A DNA stretch of 64,000 bases from Candidatus Saccharimonadota bacterium (lineage in GTDB: Bacteria > Patescibacteriota > Saccharimonadia > Saccharimonadales > OFTM59): positions 2,546 through 66,545 of the forward strand of contig JAJDCL010000008.1 of the NCBI GenBank assembly GCA_029260875.1, given 5' to 3'. The notes beneath the pieces are model-generated. The model saw nothing but the letters and a program-made list of their open reading frames with translations, searched no databases and was not told the origin of the DNA. A program made the translations under genes and the position numbers. Position 1 is the stretch's first letter; each line of letters starts with the position of its first letter. Shown here in pieces: positions 19,073 through 28,927 of the stretch.

Positions 19073-19618
19073 TTACTTAGATTTTTCTTCAGCCTGTTCG
19101 GGCGCTGAGTCGTGCGCAGCAAGAGCTGCCTCTGCTTTAGCTTCTAGCTTGGCATCTTCTTCGGCCTTTTTGGCTGCCTCAGCCTCGGCTGCAGCAGCAA
19201 CTTCTTCTTTCAATTTTTCTTCTTCAGCCTCGGCCTTTTCGTCACGAACTGTATTCACGGCGTCGCGATCAAAATTAACTCCTGCCAGACGTGCCGATTT
19301 ACCGGTGCGCTCGCGCATATATGTAAGATAATTACGGCGAACTTTCGTCCTCTTAGTAACTTCAACTTTTAGAATAAGCGGGCTGTGTAGCAAGAAACTT
19401 TTTTCTACACCAATGCCACTTGCGATCCTACGAACAGTAATGCGACTGGTGTGGCTGGCCTTGCGGTCTGTTCGTATTACCGTCCCCTGAAAAATCTGTA
19501 CACGCTCTTTGTTGCCTTCGCGAATTTTCTGGTGCACTTTAACAGTATCGCCCGACTGCACATCAACGACTTGGCTTTTCATGTATTTTGCTTCAATTTT
19601 CTGAATCACGGATTGCAT
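19073..19618 (-). CDS. rplS: 50S ribosomal protein L19 with Ala/Glu/Lys-rich C-terminal extension
   Basis: 181 aa. The first ~115 aa are a canonical L19 (GDTVKVHQKIREGNKERVQIFQGTVI...). The last ~65 aa are low-complexity A/E/K. Confidence 0.95.
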   Translation of the reverse strand: MQSVIQKIEAKYMKSQVVDVQSGDTVKVHQKIREGNKERVQIFQGTVIRTDRKASHTSRITVRRIASGIGVEKSFLLHSPLILKVEVTKRTKVRRNYLTYMRERTGKSARLAGVNFDRDAVNTVRDEKAEAEEEKLKEEVAAAAEAEAAKKAEEDAKLEAKAEAALAAHDSAPEQAEEKSK

Positions 19619-19647
19619 AAGTAACTATCCTACACCATTTCTTTATC

Positions 19648-19656
19648 TGTTACAAT
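19648..19656 (+). promoter_or_regulatory. extended -10 (TGtTACAAT) 6 nt upstream of the malic enzyme ATG
   Basis: TGtTACAAT at 19648-19656 and ATG at 19663. Confidence 0.5.
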
Positions 19657-19662
19657 AGTTAA

Positions 19663-20796
19663 ATGGATTATGGTGATAAGGCCCTAATAAGGCACAAGCA
19701 GCTCAGAGGCAAGCTCGCCGTGGAGCTTAAAGACAAACTTGATACCAAAGAAAAACTGAGCATTTATTACACCCCTGGAGTGGGCGCGGTTTCAAGCCAC
19801 ATTGCTAAAAACCCCAAGGAAGCGCGAAACTACACTTGGCTCAGCAACTGCGTAGCGGTAGTTTCAGACGGGTCCGCGGTGCTTGGTCTTGGAGATATCG
19901 GCCCATATGGTGCTTTGCCAGTTATGGAGGGCAAGTGCATGCTATTTAAGCATTTTGCAGGTATCGATGCTGTTCCAATCATCCTTGACGCGCACAGCGC
20001 AGACGAAATAGTAGCCACTGTTAAGGCAATCGCGCCAAGCTTTGGCGGAATTAATCTTGAAGATATTGCAGCTCCGATCTGCTTTGAAGTAGAGGAACGG
20101 CTAAAAGCTCATTTAAATATCCCGGTCTTTCATGATGATCAACATGGCACCGCAATCGTAGTACTAGCGGGGCTTATCAATGCTGCCAAGGTAACTGGAC
20201 GTGACTTAAAAAGTTCACGGATAGTGGTTGTTGGTGTTGGCGCTGCTGGCGTAGCGATTATAAAATTATTAAATACATACGCTAGCCCAGAGATACTGGC
20301 AGTTGATAGCCGGGGGATTATTTCGTCCGGCCGAAAAGATATTAATAGCGAAAAGAGTAAGCTTTTAGAGTTCACGAACAAGGAAGATATGGACGGGTCA
20401 TTAGAAGACGCTATTAAAGGCGCTGATATATTTATTGGGGTATCCAAGGCTGGTCTGTTGACAAGTGATATGACAAAAACTATGGCAAAGGACCCAATAG
20501 TATTCGCTATGGCAAACCCTGTGCCAGAAATTATGCCGGAAATTGCCAAAAATTCTGGTGTTTCTGTAATTGCCACAGGCCGTAGCGATTTTCCTAATCA
20601 GGTTAATAACGCATTGGTTTTTCCGGGGATATTCAGAGGCGCACTAGACAACCACGTTACAAAAATAACTGACGAACACAAAATTGCAGTCGCTGAGGCC
20701 ATAGCAAGTCTTGTAGAAAGGCCAACCACTGAAATGATTGTCCCAAACGTACTAGACGACCGCCTAGTCCCATCTGTCGCCAAAGTTATAATCTAG
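19663..20796 (+). CDS. NAD(P)-dependent malic enzyme (short form, no PTA domain)
   Basis: 377 aa. YTPGV, VVSDGSAVLGLGDIGP, FGGINLEDI and a GVGAAG dinucleotide-binding loop. Confidence 0.9.
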   Translation: MDYGDKALIRHKQLRGKLAVELKDKLDTKEKLSIYYTPGVGAVSSHIAKNPKEARNYTWLSNCVAVVSDGSAVLGLGDIGPYGALPVMEGKCMLFKHFAGIDAVPIILDAHSADEIVATVKAIAPSFGGINLEDIAAPICFEVEERLKAHLNIPVFHDDQHGTAIVVLAGLINAAKVTGRDLKSSRIVVVGVGAAGVAIIKLLNTYASPEILAVDSRGIISSGRKDINSEKSKLLEFTNKEDMDGSLEDAIKGADIFIGVSKAGLLTSDMTKTMAKDPIVFAMANPVPEIMPEIAKNSGVSVIATGRSDFPNQVNNALVFPGIFRGALDNHVTKITDEHKIAVAEAIASLVERPTTEMIVPNVLDDRLVPSVAKVII

Positions 20797-22400
20797 CCGA
20801 TTACACGGTAGACTTCTTCAAAGGTGGTTTTGCCAGCACAAATTTTAAGCATGCCATCCTGGATCATTGTACGCATACCGCTATGAATTGCTGCCGCTTC
20901 TATTCGCTGCGCAGAAACTATACCGCCACGCTCAAGTAACTCACGAATTTCACCAGTCATAATAAATTGCTCACGCAGTGCAATTTGACCCTGATAACCG
21001 TAAGGGTTGTCTTTGGAACTTCCGGGTTTATAGAGCTGTAGACTGTTAAGATCAGGTTTTTTTATGTTGCCGGGGAGACTGTCTAAAACAGCTTTTATGT
21101 GGTGCAGCTCTTCTTGACTCGGTTGGTATGCTTGCTTGGTGCTATCGTCAAGCCGCCTCACTAACCTCTGGGCCATAACAAGCCTGATAGCAGAGACGAA
21201 TAACGGATTTTGCTCTATAACATCCATCAAACGCGTTAGGGCTGCAGCGGCAGAGCTGGCATGAAACGTAGACAAGACTAAGTGGCCCGTCAATGAAGCT
21301 TGTAGAGCAGTTTTGGCTGTATCCATATCGCGGATCTCCCCCACCATAACAATATCGGGGTCTAGTCGTAAGACAGCTCTAAGCCTGTCAGCAAAGTTAG
21401 TTCCTTGGCTGTTTTTTGATGTTACGGATACCTGGGTGATCCCAGCAAACTGGTATTCTACCGGATCTTCAATTGTGATGATCTTACGTTCTGGTTTGTT
21501 CAGTGAGTTTAGCATGGAGTAGAGCGTGGTTGTCTTACCCGAACCTGTCGGCCCGACAGCAAGGACTAAACCGCTAGGACGAGAAATAATATTATCAACT
21601 ACGGATCTTTCTTCTTCGGATAAACCAAGACGGTCAAGGTTGTACATGTCTTGATCTAAATTGAATAGACGCATTACCACATCCATGTTGTTGATCGTGG
21701 GCACCGTTTCAAGGCGCACATTTATATCAACAGTTTTGCCATCTGACATGGTGACTTTTTGCGCAATATGGCCTTGCTGCGCATCATCAGCGGCGGTCGA
21801 TACATTACCAGCACTCGCAATAGCTGCAATAAGTACACGATATTTTTCATTGCTAATTTGCGCGATGGGGTGCAAGACCCCGTCTATCCTTAGCCTTATA
21901 CGAACATTTTCTTTCCCCGTCTCTATATGTATGTCAGAAGCGCCAAGGCGATGTGCTTGCTGGACGAGATAGGCCAGCATATCATCCGCCTTAACCTGTT
22001 CAAGTGTTGACGATACCTGCTGAACAAGCTCTTCAGTGCCAGCTGTATTGATTGAGATGTCCTGATACACCACCTCCTTGGGCGGATTATATAGTTGCAT
22101 GTATTCACGAAAGCCAGCTTCTGAAATTAACGCAAAACTAACCCGCTGATCCAAAAAGCGTTGTTTTAAAAATGCCATGTTTTGCTGCGAAGTTGTGTTG
22201 GTAACACCAAACAATATATTACCCTTGTCAGCAATAAGCGGAATGGCCCGTATAGAAGCAAGCTCCTGAACTGTCAGCAGTTGTTTGTATGTTACTTTCT
22301 GGCTGGCTGAAGTATCATAATAACCCAAGCCCAATATTCGGGCGCGTCGTTGTGTGCTTGTCTCTTCATCAAGCCTAGCATCTGAACTCATAATATTCAT
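20793..22400 (-). CDS. pilB: GspE/PilB-family type IV pilus / type II secretion ATPase
   Basis: 535 aa. Walker A GPTGSGKTTT, Asp box, Walker B VGEIRD and His box. No other pilus genes adjacent. Confidence 0.85.
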   Translation of the reverse strand: MNIMSSDARLDEETSTQRRARILGLGYYDTSASQKVTYKQLLTVQELASIRAIPLIADKGNILFGVTNTTSQQNMAFLKQRFLDQRVSFALISEAGFREYMQLYNPPKEVVYQDISINTAGTEELVQQVSSTLEQVKADDMLAYLVQQAHRLGASDIHIETGKENVRIRLRIDGVLHPIAQISNEKYRVLIAAIASAGNVSTAADDAQQGHIAQKVTMSDGKTVDINVRLETVPTINNMDVVMRLFNLDQDMYNLDRLGLSEEERSVVDNIISRPSGLVLAVGPTGSGKTTTLYSMLNSLNKPERKIITIEDPVEYQFAGITQVSVTSKNSQGTNFADRLRAVLRLDPDIVMVGEIRDMDTAKTALQASLTGHLVLSTFHASSAAAALTRLMDVIEQNPLFVSAIRLVMAQRLVRRLDDSTKQAYQPSQEELHHIKAVLDSLPGNIKKPDLNSLQLYKPGSSKDNPYGYQGQIALREQFIMTGEIRELLERGGIVSAQRIEAAAIHSGMRTMIQDGMLKICAGKTTFEEVYRVIG

Positions 22401-22447
22401 TATAACCTTTAGCGTTAATAAAGATAAGTGCTATTAGGGATCGTGCT

Positions 22448-22475
22448 TTGCGATTTTCACTAATGTATCTACAAT
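22448..22475 (+). promoter_or_regulatory. putative promoter TTGCGA-N16-TACAAT, 7 nt upstream of the ATG
   Basis: -35 at 22448-22453, -10 at 22470-22475 and ATG at 22483. Confidence 0.5.
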
Positions 22476-22482
22476 TTGCTTT

Positions 22483-22980
22483 ATGAACCAAACCGTATTG
22501 ATTGTCCACAATTTACGTAGCGCCCATAACGTAGGTGCTTTACTAAGAACGTCTGATGGCCTTGGGGTTAACAGTGTTTATTTAACTGGCTACACACCTT
22601 ATCCCATTGCTAGCAAGGATGCCCGTATGCCCCACGTTGCGGCTAAGGTAGCGAGGCAAATCCATAAGACGGCATTGGGCGCAGAAAACACCATCAAATG
22701 GCAGCACTGTTCTGATATATCTCCGGTCATAAGCCAATTAAAAAACGCTGGCTATAGCATATGCGCACTGGAGCAAGCAAAGAATTCTGTGGGTCTTAAC
22801 AAGTACAAGCAACGGGGTAATGTGGCTTTGATTTTGGGCAATGAGATCACTGGAGTTGAATTAGACATACTTGAAGTCGCTGATACAATATTAGAGATAC
22901 CCATGCTTGGTGCAAAAGAATCATTTAATGTCGCCCAAGCAGCCGCAATGGCGTTGTATCATCTGAAATTCTACATATAA
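22483..22980 (+). CDS. TrmH/SpoU-family RNA 2'-O-methyltransferase
   Basis: 165 aa. SPOUT motifs NVGALLRT, LILGNEITGV and IPMLGAKESFNVAQAAAMALY. Confidence 0.85.
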   Translation: MNQTVLIVHNLRSAHNVGALLRTSDGLGVNSVYLTGYTPYPIASKDARMPHVAAKVARQIHKTALGAENTIKWQHCSDISPVISQLKNAGYSICALEQAKNSVGLNKYKQRGNVALILGNEITGVELDILEVADTILEIPMLGAKESFNVAQAAAMALYHLKFYI

Positions 22981-22984
22981 TCAA

Positions 22985-22993
22985 TGCTATAAT
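22985..22993 (+). promoter_or_regulatory. extended -10 (TGcTATAAT) 10 nt upstream of the CAP-domain gene ATG
   Basis: TGcTATAAT at 22985-22993, directly after the TrmH-family stop. ATG at 23004. Confidence 0.45.
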
Positions 22994-23003
22994 CCCAACA
23001 TAT

Positions 23004-24068
23004 ATGAAATCAAATAAACATCAAACGCAAAAAAAACGCGTCGGACAGCATCATAACCGCACAAAGCGCTACCATAACGTCTATCTGCCATATCTGCCCG
23101 CGATCATATTTTTAGTCGCAAGCATTGTATTAAGCAATATAAGGATACCTGTAGTCCACCAAAGCGTCTTATCCTATGCTACAGAAATCAGTTCGGGGAG
23201 TCTCCTGTCAAACACCAACCAACAACGTAGCGCTAACGGCAAAACGGGCCTAGCACTTAACTCTCAGCTTAATTCAGCTGCACAGGCCAAGGCAGACGAC
23301 ATGGCAAATCGCAACTATTGGTCTCACAATACGCCGGACGGCAAAGAACCGTGGGTTTTCTTTGATCAAACAGGGTACAAGTATACCAAGGCAGGGGAAA
23401 ACTTGGCATATGGGTTTACAACCAGCGCAGAAACTATTTCCGGCTGGATGAATAGCGCATCGCACAAGGCAAATATGCTGGACGGCGAGTTTACTGAGGT
23501 AGGATTTGGATATACTAATGCTGCGAACTATCAGGAACAAGGTAATCAAACGATCGTCGTTGCGATGTATGGCCAACCGCAAACTTTAGGCGCATCATCC
23601 CCTGCGTCTGCTCCTGCCACATCTTCGCCTTTAGCAGCGCAGCCGAGCAGTCCTAAGGCTGCCACAACAACTGCACCGGCTCCAGCTACACTGCCTGAGC
23701 CGTCAGCACCCATAGATGAAACTGCGAGCACACTACCTTCCGACACCTCCGTCGCTGCGCTGGGCGCTGAATCAAAACCAGCTCCTCTGGCAAGCACATC
23801 GCCAGGGCGTCAGATTTCGCGCATAGAAGCACTAACAAATGGTAAGGCTCCTTGGGCTCTTTTCCTGCTAGGCACCATGAGTGGCATAGCTGTGGTCGCG
23901 CTATTTATAAGTCACAGTGTGCGTTTGCATAAAATTTTTCGTTCTGGGGCCAGGCTCCTTAAAGGCGGAGAAAAATTCGTATTACATCACCCCGTGCTGG
24001 ACGTAACTTTAGTAAGCTTCTTGATACTGACAATAACACTTGCTCAAAATATAGGTGTTATACTTTAG
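23004..24068 (+). CDS. membrane-anchored CAP/SCP (PR-1-like) domain protein
   Basis: 354 aa. N-terminal TM, CAP motifs (YWSHNTPDG, GENLAYG, GWMNSASHKANML), a Pro/Ala/Ser-rich linker and two C-terminal TM helices. Confidence 0.7.
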   Translation: MKSNKHQTQKKRVGQHHNRTKRYHNVYLPYLPAIIFLVASIVLSNIRIPVVHQSVLSYATEISSGSLLSNTNQQRSANGKTGLALNSQLNSAAQAKADDMANRNYWSHNTPDGKEPWVFFDQTGYKYTKAGENLAYGFTTSAETISGWMNSASHKANMLDGEFTEVGFGYTNAANYQEQGNQTIVVAMYGQPQTLGASSPASAPATSSPLAAQPSSPKAATTTAPAPATLPEPSAPIDETASTLPSDTSVAALGAESKPAPLASTSPGRQISRIEALTNGKAPWALFLLGTMSGIAVVALFISHSVRLHKIFRSGARLLKGGEKFVLHHPVLDVTLVSFLILTITLAQNIGVIL

Positions 24069-27000
24069 CGCAATTTGACATTGTCTTGCCCCACAACATC
24101 ACTGAGCTTTGCTAGGCTCTCCTCGTTAGGCTCAAATTTCACAGGCAGCTTAATTGCTTGCCTACGTTCAGTGTTGCCAACCACCAGAACAACTTCGGTT
24201 TCACCACGATACAAATCAATCGTAGACTTAAGGCTTGTTAATAATCTAGAGTCTTCACTATTTTCTAGGCGTAAATATAGTTTTGCTACAGAAGTCTCAA
24301 CCGCTGCTGCAACAATCTTTTTGGTAGGTGCTTTAGCTTGTTGCTTTGGACTCTTAACTTTTTTTCCTGTTGACTGGTAAGCACTTGCCTGTTCGGCGGT
24401 AATTTCCCTGGCTTCTTCTGTTAATATTTTTATCTCACTACTGCTATTACCTTGACGATCTTTGGAGCTAATCTTGCCCTTAGCCAAAACTATCCTATCG
24501 CGCACCCATATACCAATCGTCTGCTGATAAACACTCGGAAACAGCACGAGTTCAATTTGATTAAATCGATCCGTAATCTTAACAAATGCCATTTTTTGAC
24601 CGTTTTTTGTTACGATTTCTCGCACCTCTTCTATAGCTCCCCCGACCTTGACTACACGCCCTTCATGTTCTGGCTTTAAGGTATTGATCGGCAGGGCTAG
24701 TTCACTAAGAATTGTTTCATAGTCTTCTAAGGGGTGTCGCGACAAGTATAACCCTAGCAGCTCTCTTTCCCACACAAGTAGCTGGTGAGATGCTGGGCTG
24801 GCAACTTTTTCTAGGGTTATCTGCGACTTCACCTGATCTCCTTCAACCAGATTCCCAAACAAGTCAGTTTGGCCACTAGCTGATTGCTTCTGGGTACGTG
24901 TGGCGTAGGCTAACAATAAATCAATATTGTGCAGCAGTATTCCGCGCTCACCCAGACTATCAAACGCGCCGGCCTTGATAAGACTTTCCAGCGCCTTACG
25001 ATTTACCACACGGACATTTACGCGAGAGAAAAAGTCTTCTAGGCTTGTGAAGTGCCCTGCCTCGCGTGCGCGTAATATTTCTTCAACCGCACCCGAGCCT
25101 ACATTTTTGACTGCAAGCATACCAAACCTGATCTGATTAGTCTCGGGCACAACAGCAAATTCCATAAACGATTCGTTAACGTCCGGCGCCAGTACACCAA
25201 TACCCATATGCTTACATTCAGTAATTTCAATAGCTAGACGATCCGTATCGTCATAATCACTGGTCATAAGTGCGGCCATAAATGCAGCTGGATAATTCGC
25301 CTTTAAATACGCTGTCCAGTAGGCGATCATCGCGTAGCATGCTGAATGAGCTTTGTTAAAACAATAAGCAGCAAAATCTTCAAGTTGTTTCCAAAACTTT
25401 TCCATCAGAGGTCTATCTGCGCCGACTGTTTTTATCGCGCCCTCTATAAATTCCTTTTTCATCTTAGCAAGCACCGCCGGTATTTTTTTGCCAATGCCTT
25501 TACGTAGCGTATCGGCTTGACCGCCGGTAAAACCGCACATTTCTTTTGAAATCTGCATAACTTGTTCTTGTGTAACAATCACTCCATAAGTTGATCTGAG
25601 AGCAGGCTCCATAGCTGGGTGTAGGTATGTGATAGGCTTGCGACCATGCTTACGATCAATAAAGTCATCGATCCACTGCATAGGGCCAGGCCGGTAGAGA
25701 GCGACCATAGAAATAATATCCTCAAAAACAGACGGCTGTAGCTCTTTTAGGTAGCGTTTCATCCCGGCTGATTCAAGCTGAAATACACCAGTCGTATTGC
25801 CACTAGCTAAAAGCTCGTAAGTTTTTTCGTCGTCTAGGGGAATATCTGTAATAGTTATATCTTTGGCATGGACTTTCTTAATAATTCTGAGCGCATTCTT
25901 AATAGTAGTTAGGTTGGACAGACCTAAAAAGTCCATTTTCAGCAAACCCATTTCTTCTATAGGGCCCATTGAGTACTGTGTAGCCACCACTCCTTTTTGG
26001 GCTAGTTCGAGTGGGACAAACTTAACAATATCGTCCGGGGCAATCACCACGCCGGCCGCGTGTACGCCATGGCTGCGTATTGTGCCTTCTAGCTGAACGG
26101 CAAGGTCAAATACTTCCTTTGCCTGCTTGTTAGTCTCATATTCATTTTTGAGATCCGGGTTTTCTCTTAGCGATTTCTCCAGCGGTATATGCCTACCTTG
26201 CACGGGTTGGGGTATCATCTTGGCTAGACGATCCGCCTCTGAATAAGGCACCTGCAAAACACGCGCCACGTCGCGCACGGCATTGCGAGCTGCCATACGG
26301 CCAAACGTAACAATGTTTGCAACGCGACCCTCACCGTACTTCTCCACACAATAACGTATAACTTCATCACGGCGCGAATCCTGAATGTCTATATCAAAAT
26401 CAGGCATACTAATACGATCGGGGTTCAAGAAGCGTTCAAATAATAGATCGTATTTTAAAGGGTCTAGTTCAGTAATCCTAAGTGCATAAGCAATAATTGA
26501 GCCGGCTCCGCTTCCACGCCCAGGCCCAAAAACAATGCCCTGATCTTTCCCCCAATTTATAAAATCTTGCACTATCAGGAAATAGCCGCTAAACCCCATG
26601 CCGTTAATGATGCCCAACTCAAAACCAGCTCGCTCAATAACGCGCTCTGGCAACAACTTCTTTAGGGCAGCAATGCTATCGGCTTTTTTGGGCGTTTTAC
26701 TTGTATACCTTTGGACGAGCCCCCGAAAGGTCAACTTATCAAGATAGCTTTTTTCGGTCTCCTTAGGAGGAACAGGAAATTTTGGGATTAGGTACTCACC
26801 TAGTTTTAGCTCAACATTGCATCTATCAGCAATTTTAGAGGTATTCAGGATAAGATCAGGGTGTTTTTTGCCCCAACGCTTGATTAATGAATCCGGCTCG
26901 GTTACGTAAAGCTCAAAATCTTTGAGCGACATACGGTTTTCATCACTCAAAAACGACCCAGTTTGTACGCATAGCAGTATTTCATGAGCCTGCTGATCCT

Positions 27001-27667
27001 TATGGTTGAGGTAGTGCGCATCACAAGTTACAACGCACGGTATATCAAGCTCTTCGCTTAAATTAAATGTGTGCTTTGTGACTTCAATTTGGTCAGGCCA
27101 CTTACTGGGGTGTGCGGAATGCCCATGATCCTGAATTTCTAGATAATACCTGTCTTTAAACACCTTCTTGTACCACGCGGCTGTCTGCTTAGCCTGCTCA
27201 TATTGACCTTGGCGTAGCATATCCCCAACTTCACCACCGATACATCCCGATAAGACAATCAGCCCTTCGTTATATTTCTCAAGGAGCTCACGATCAATAC
27301 GTGGCCGATAATAAAACCCCTGCAAGTTTGCTATCGTGCTAAGTCGCATCAAGTTTTGATAACCGGTATCATTCATGGCAAGTAAAATCAGATGGAAGTA
27401 GTTCTTGTCCTTGCCAGGGTCTTTATCTGTGTGACGTCGTGGCGCCACATATGTTTCTAGACCAATAATAGGTTTAATATTCTTGGCCTTGGCTTCCTTA
27501 TAAAACTCAACTGCACCGGACAATGTTCCGTGGTCTGTTATTGCTACCGACTTCATGCCAAGCTCAATCACCCTGTCAATCAGCGCAGGGATCTTGGTCA
27601 GGCCGTCCAACAGGCTGTATTGGGTGTGGTTATGTAGGTGTACATAATCCTTAGAACTTAGTGCCAT
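24065..27667 (-). CDS. dnaE: DNA polymerase III subunit alpha
   Basis: 1200 aa. PHP domain (HLHNHTQYSLLDG), palm/fingers motifs (PDFDIDI, GLLKMDFLGL) and an OB fold. Confidence 0.95.
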   Translation of the reverse strand: MALSSKDYVHLHNHTQYSLLDGLTKIPALIDRVIELGMKSVAITDHGTLSGAVEFYKEAKAKNIKPIIGLETYVAPRRHTDKDPGKDKNYFHLILLAMNDTGYQNLMRLSTIANLQGFYYRPRIDRELLEKYNEGLIVLSGCIGGEVGDMLRQGQYEQAKQTAAWYKKVFKDRYYLEIQDHGHSAHPSKWPDQIEVTKHTFNLSEELDIPCVVTCDAHYLNHKDQQAHEILLCVQTGSFLSDENRMSLKDFELYVTEPDSLIKRWGKKHPDLILNTSKIADRCNVELKLGEYLIPKFPVPPKETEKSYLDKLTFRGLVQRYTSKTPKKADSIAALKKLLPERVIERAGFELGIINGMGFSGYFLIVQDFINWGKDQGIVFGPGRGSGAGSIIAYALRITELDPLKYDLLFERFLNPDRISMPDFDIDIQDSRRDEVIRYCVEKYGEGRVANIVTFGRMAARNAVRDVARVLQVPYSEADRLAKMIPQPVQGRHIPLEKSLRENPDLKNEYETNKQAKEVFDLAVQLEGTIRSHGVHAAGVVIAPDDIVKFVPLELAQKGVVATQYSMGPIEEMGLLKMDFLGLSNLTTIKNALRIIKKVHAKDITITDIPLDDEKTYELLASGNTTGVFQLESAGMKRYLKELQPSVFEDIISMVALYRPGPMQWIDDFIDRKHGRKPITYLHPAMEPALRSTYGVIVTQEQVMQISKEMCGFTGGQADTLRKGIGKKIPAVLAKMKKEFIEGAIKTVGADRPLMEKFWKQLEDFAAYCFNKAHSACYAMIAYWTAYLKANYPAAFMAALMTSDYDDTDRLAIEITECKHMGIGVLAPDVNESFMEFAVVPETNQIRFGMLAVKNVGSGAVEEILRAREAGHFTSLEDFFSRVNVRVVNRKALESLIKAGAFDSLGERGILLHNIDLLLAYATRTQKQSASGQTDLFGNLVEGDQVKSQITLEKVASPASHQLLVWERELLGLYLSRHPLEDYETILSELALPINTLKPEHEGRVVKVGGAIEEVREIVTKNGQKMAFVKITDRFNQIELVLFPSVYQQTIGIWVRDRIVLAKGKISSKDRQGNSSSEIKILTEEAREITAEQASAYQSTGKKVKSPKQQAKAPTKKIVAAAVETSVAKLYLRLENSEDSRLLTSLKSTIDLYRGETEVVLVVGNTERRQAIKLPVKFEPNEESLAKLSDVVGQDNVKLR

Positions 27668-27735
27668 GCTTACCTTCTTTTATCTTTATTTTATAAGAAG
27701 TCGTCTATAGTTGCGATGCTTATTATTACAACAAC

Positions 27736-27990
27736 TCATCTGCCTTGTTCTATGGCATTACGTAGGTCGTCAATATATGGGATAGCGTCCAACAGCGATA
27801 ACACCCAGACCAGCAAGCCTACAACAATAGTCGCCCCCACAACGCCACCAAAGCCAGCCATAAGGCCCTTTAAGAAGCTCATCCGATATATGCGGCCACG
27901 GCTGACATAGCCTGTTTCATAAACATCGGCTATCAAACGGCCAAATCTTTCAAGATCAGCTGGTTTACTTTTTTGGTTTTGTTTTGACAT
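27736..27990 (-). CDS. small membrane protein (DUF5665-like, tentative)
   Basis: 84 aa. Basic N-terminus, then FLKGLMAGFGGVVGATIVVGLLVWVL TM segment. 26-nt overlap with the upstream YtxH-like gene. Confidence 0.5.
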   Translation of the reverse strand: MSKQNQKSKPADLERFGRLIADVYETGYVSRGRIYRMSFLKGLMAGFGGVVGATIVVGLLVWVLSLLDAIPYIDDLRNAIEQGR

Positions 27991-28402
27991 TTTTAGTATC
28001 TTTTTTTATAAACGATTTTAGGTGCAGAGTGGCTTTTTTAACTTCATTAATAGCTTTCTGTAAATCTTTATTATCGGCTTCGCCTTCATGAACTGCGCTT
28101 AAAAGTTGTCGCGCCTTATCTTTTGCAGCCAACGCACTCTTTAGCGCATCGTCTAGGCCGGCCTTTGCTTTTGTGCTAGTTGTCTTAGCTTGGCGTTTGC
28201 CCTGTGTGATCAAGTTGGCCAAGTCGCTGTGCAGCAGCTTTAATTTGGCCTCTGCTTCCTTTTTAGCTTTTACCGCTGCTTTTTGCAGATCACGTCTCGC
28301 TTGTTTGCCGCTTTTAGGTGCTGTTAGGATGCCTGCTGCGTACCCTATCCCAGCCACAACTACAGCACTCATAGCTAGTTTGCCGGTCCGTGCTTTTGAC
28401 AT
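27965..28402 (-). CDS. YtxH domain-containing protein
   Basis: 145 aa. N-terminal GIGYAAGILTAPKSGKQARRDL motif typical of YtxH, followed by a Lys/Ala-rich helical region. Confidence 0.72.
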   Translation of the reverse strand: MSKARTGKLAMSAVVVAGIGYAAGILTAPKSGKQARRDLQKAAVKAKKEAEAKLKLLHSDLANLITQGKRQAKTTSTKAKAGLDDALKSALAAKDKARQLLSAVHEGEADNKDLQKAINEVKKATLHLKSFIKKDTKNVKTKPKK

Positions 28403-28692
28403 TACTTGCCTCTCTTTCCATTAGACGATTGATGCATCATGGTATTAAAAGCTTTTCTAAGTATGCGCCCCACCGCAAACGAGCCAAGCGTTTTGGACCA
28501 ACCGCCGGTTAGGCCCTCAGCAACGTCAGCGACATGCTCGGCCTTTTCGGCTAGACCTTTTAGCGTATTAAGCAATTGGATAAATTTATAAACAACCAAA
28601 ATTGACAAAACCAACAATACAGCTAACGCAGCCGCCAATATAATGACTAGTGTTTTCTCCGCATCATCAATCACGTATTTAGTATACAACAT
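28402..28692 (-). CDS. small membrane-anchored protein (DUF948-like, tentative)
   Basis: 96 aa. One TM helix followed by an amphipathic helix. TAATG stop/start overlap with the YtxH-like gene. Confidence 0.5.
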   Translation of the reverse strand: MLYTKYVIDDAEKTLVIILAAALAVLLVLSILVVYKFIQLLNTLKGLAEKAEHVADVAEGLTGGWSKTLGSFAVGRILRKAFNTMMHQSSNGKRGK

Positions 28693-28927
28693 CTTACAAG
28701 AACCAACTTAGTCATATTGCCAGCCTGCCTCGTCACCCGATCTATTCAATAAGCAATCGTCTGCGATCCAGCCCATATCAGTTCAAGCACCCCCAAAGTC
28801 CAAAAAATTGACGCAGTGTGCCGCGGATCCGCACTCACCACGTAGACTTCGGAGCTACATATTCACTAACTCGTTACTACTAAAAACCTAAACCAGCAAC
28901 ATGAGCAATTTTTGACATAATTCTGAA

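Noticed and set aside
28817-28850. GCGGATCCGC palindrome followed by a T6 run on the minus strand, as a possible gatB terminator.
   Set aside because: The stem is short and interrupted, and the T-run lies about 10 nt from it. Evidence is too weak to call a terminator.
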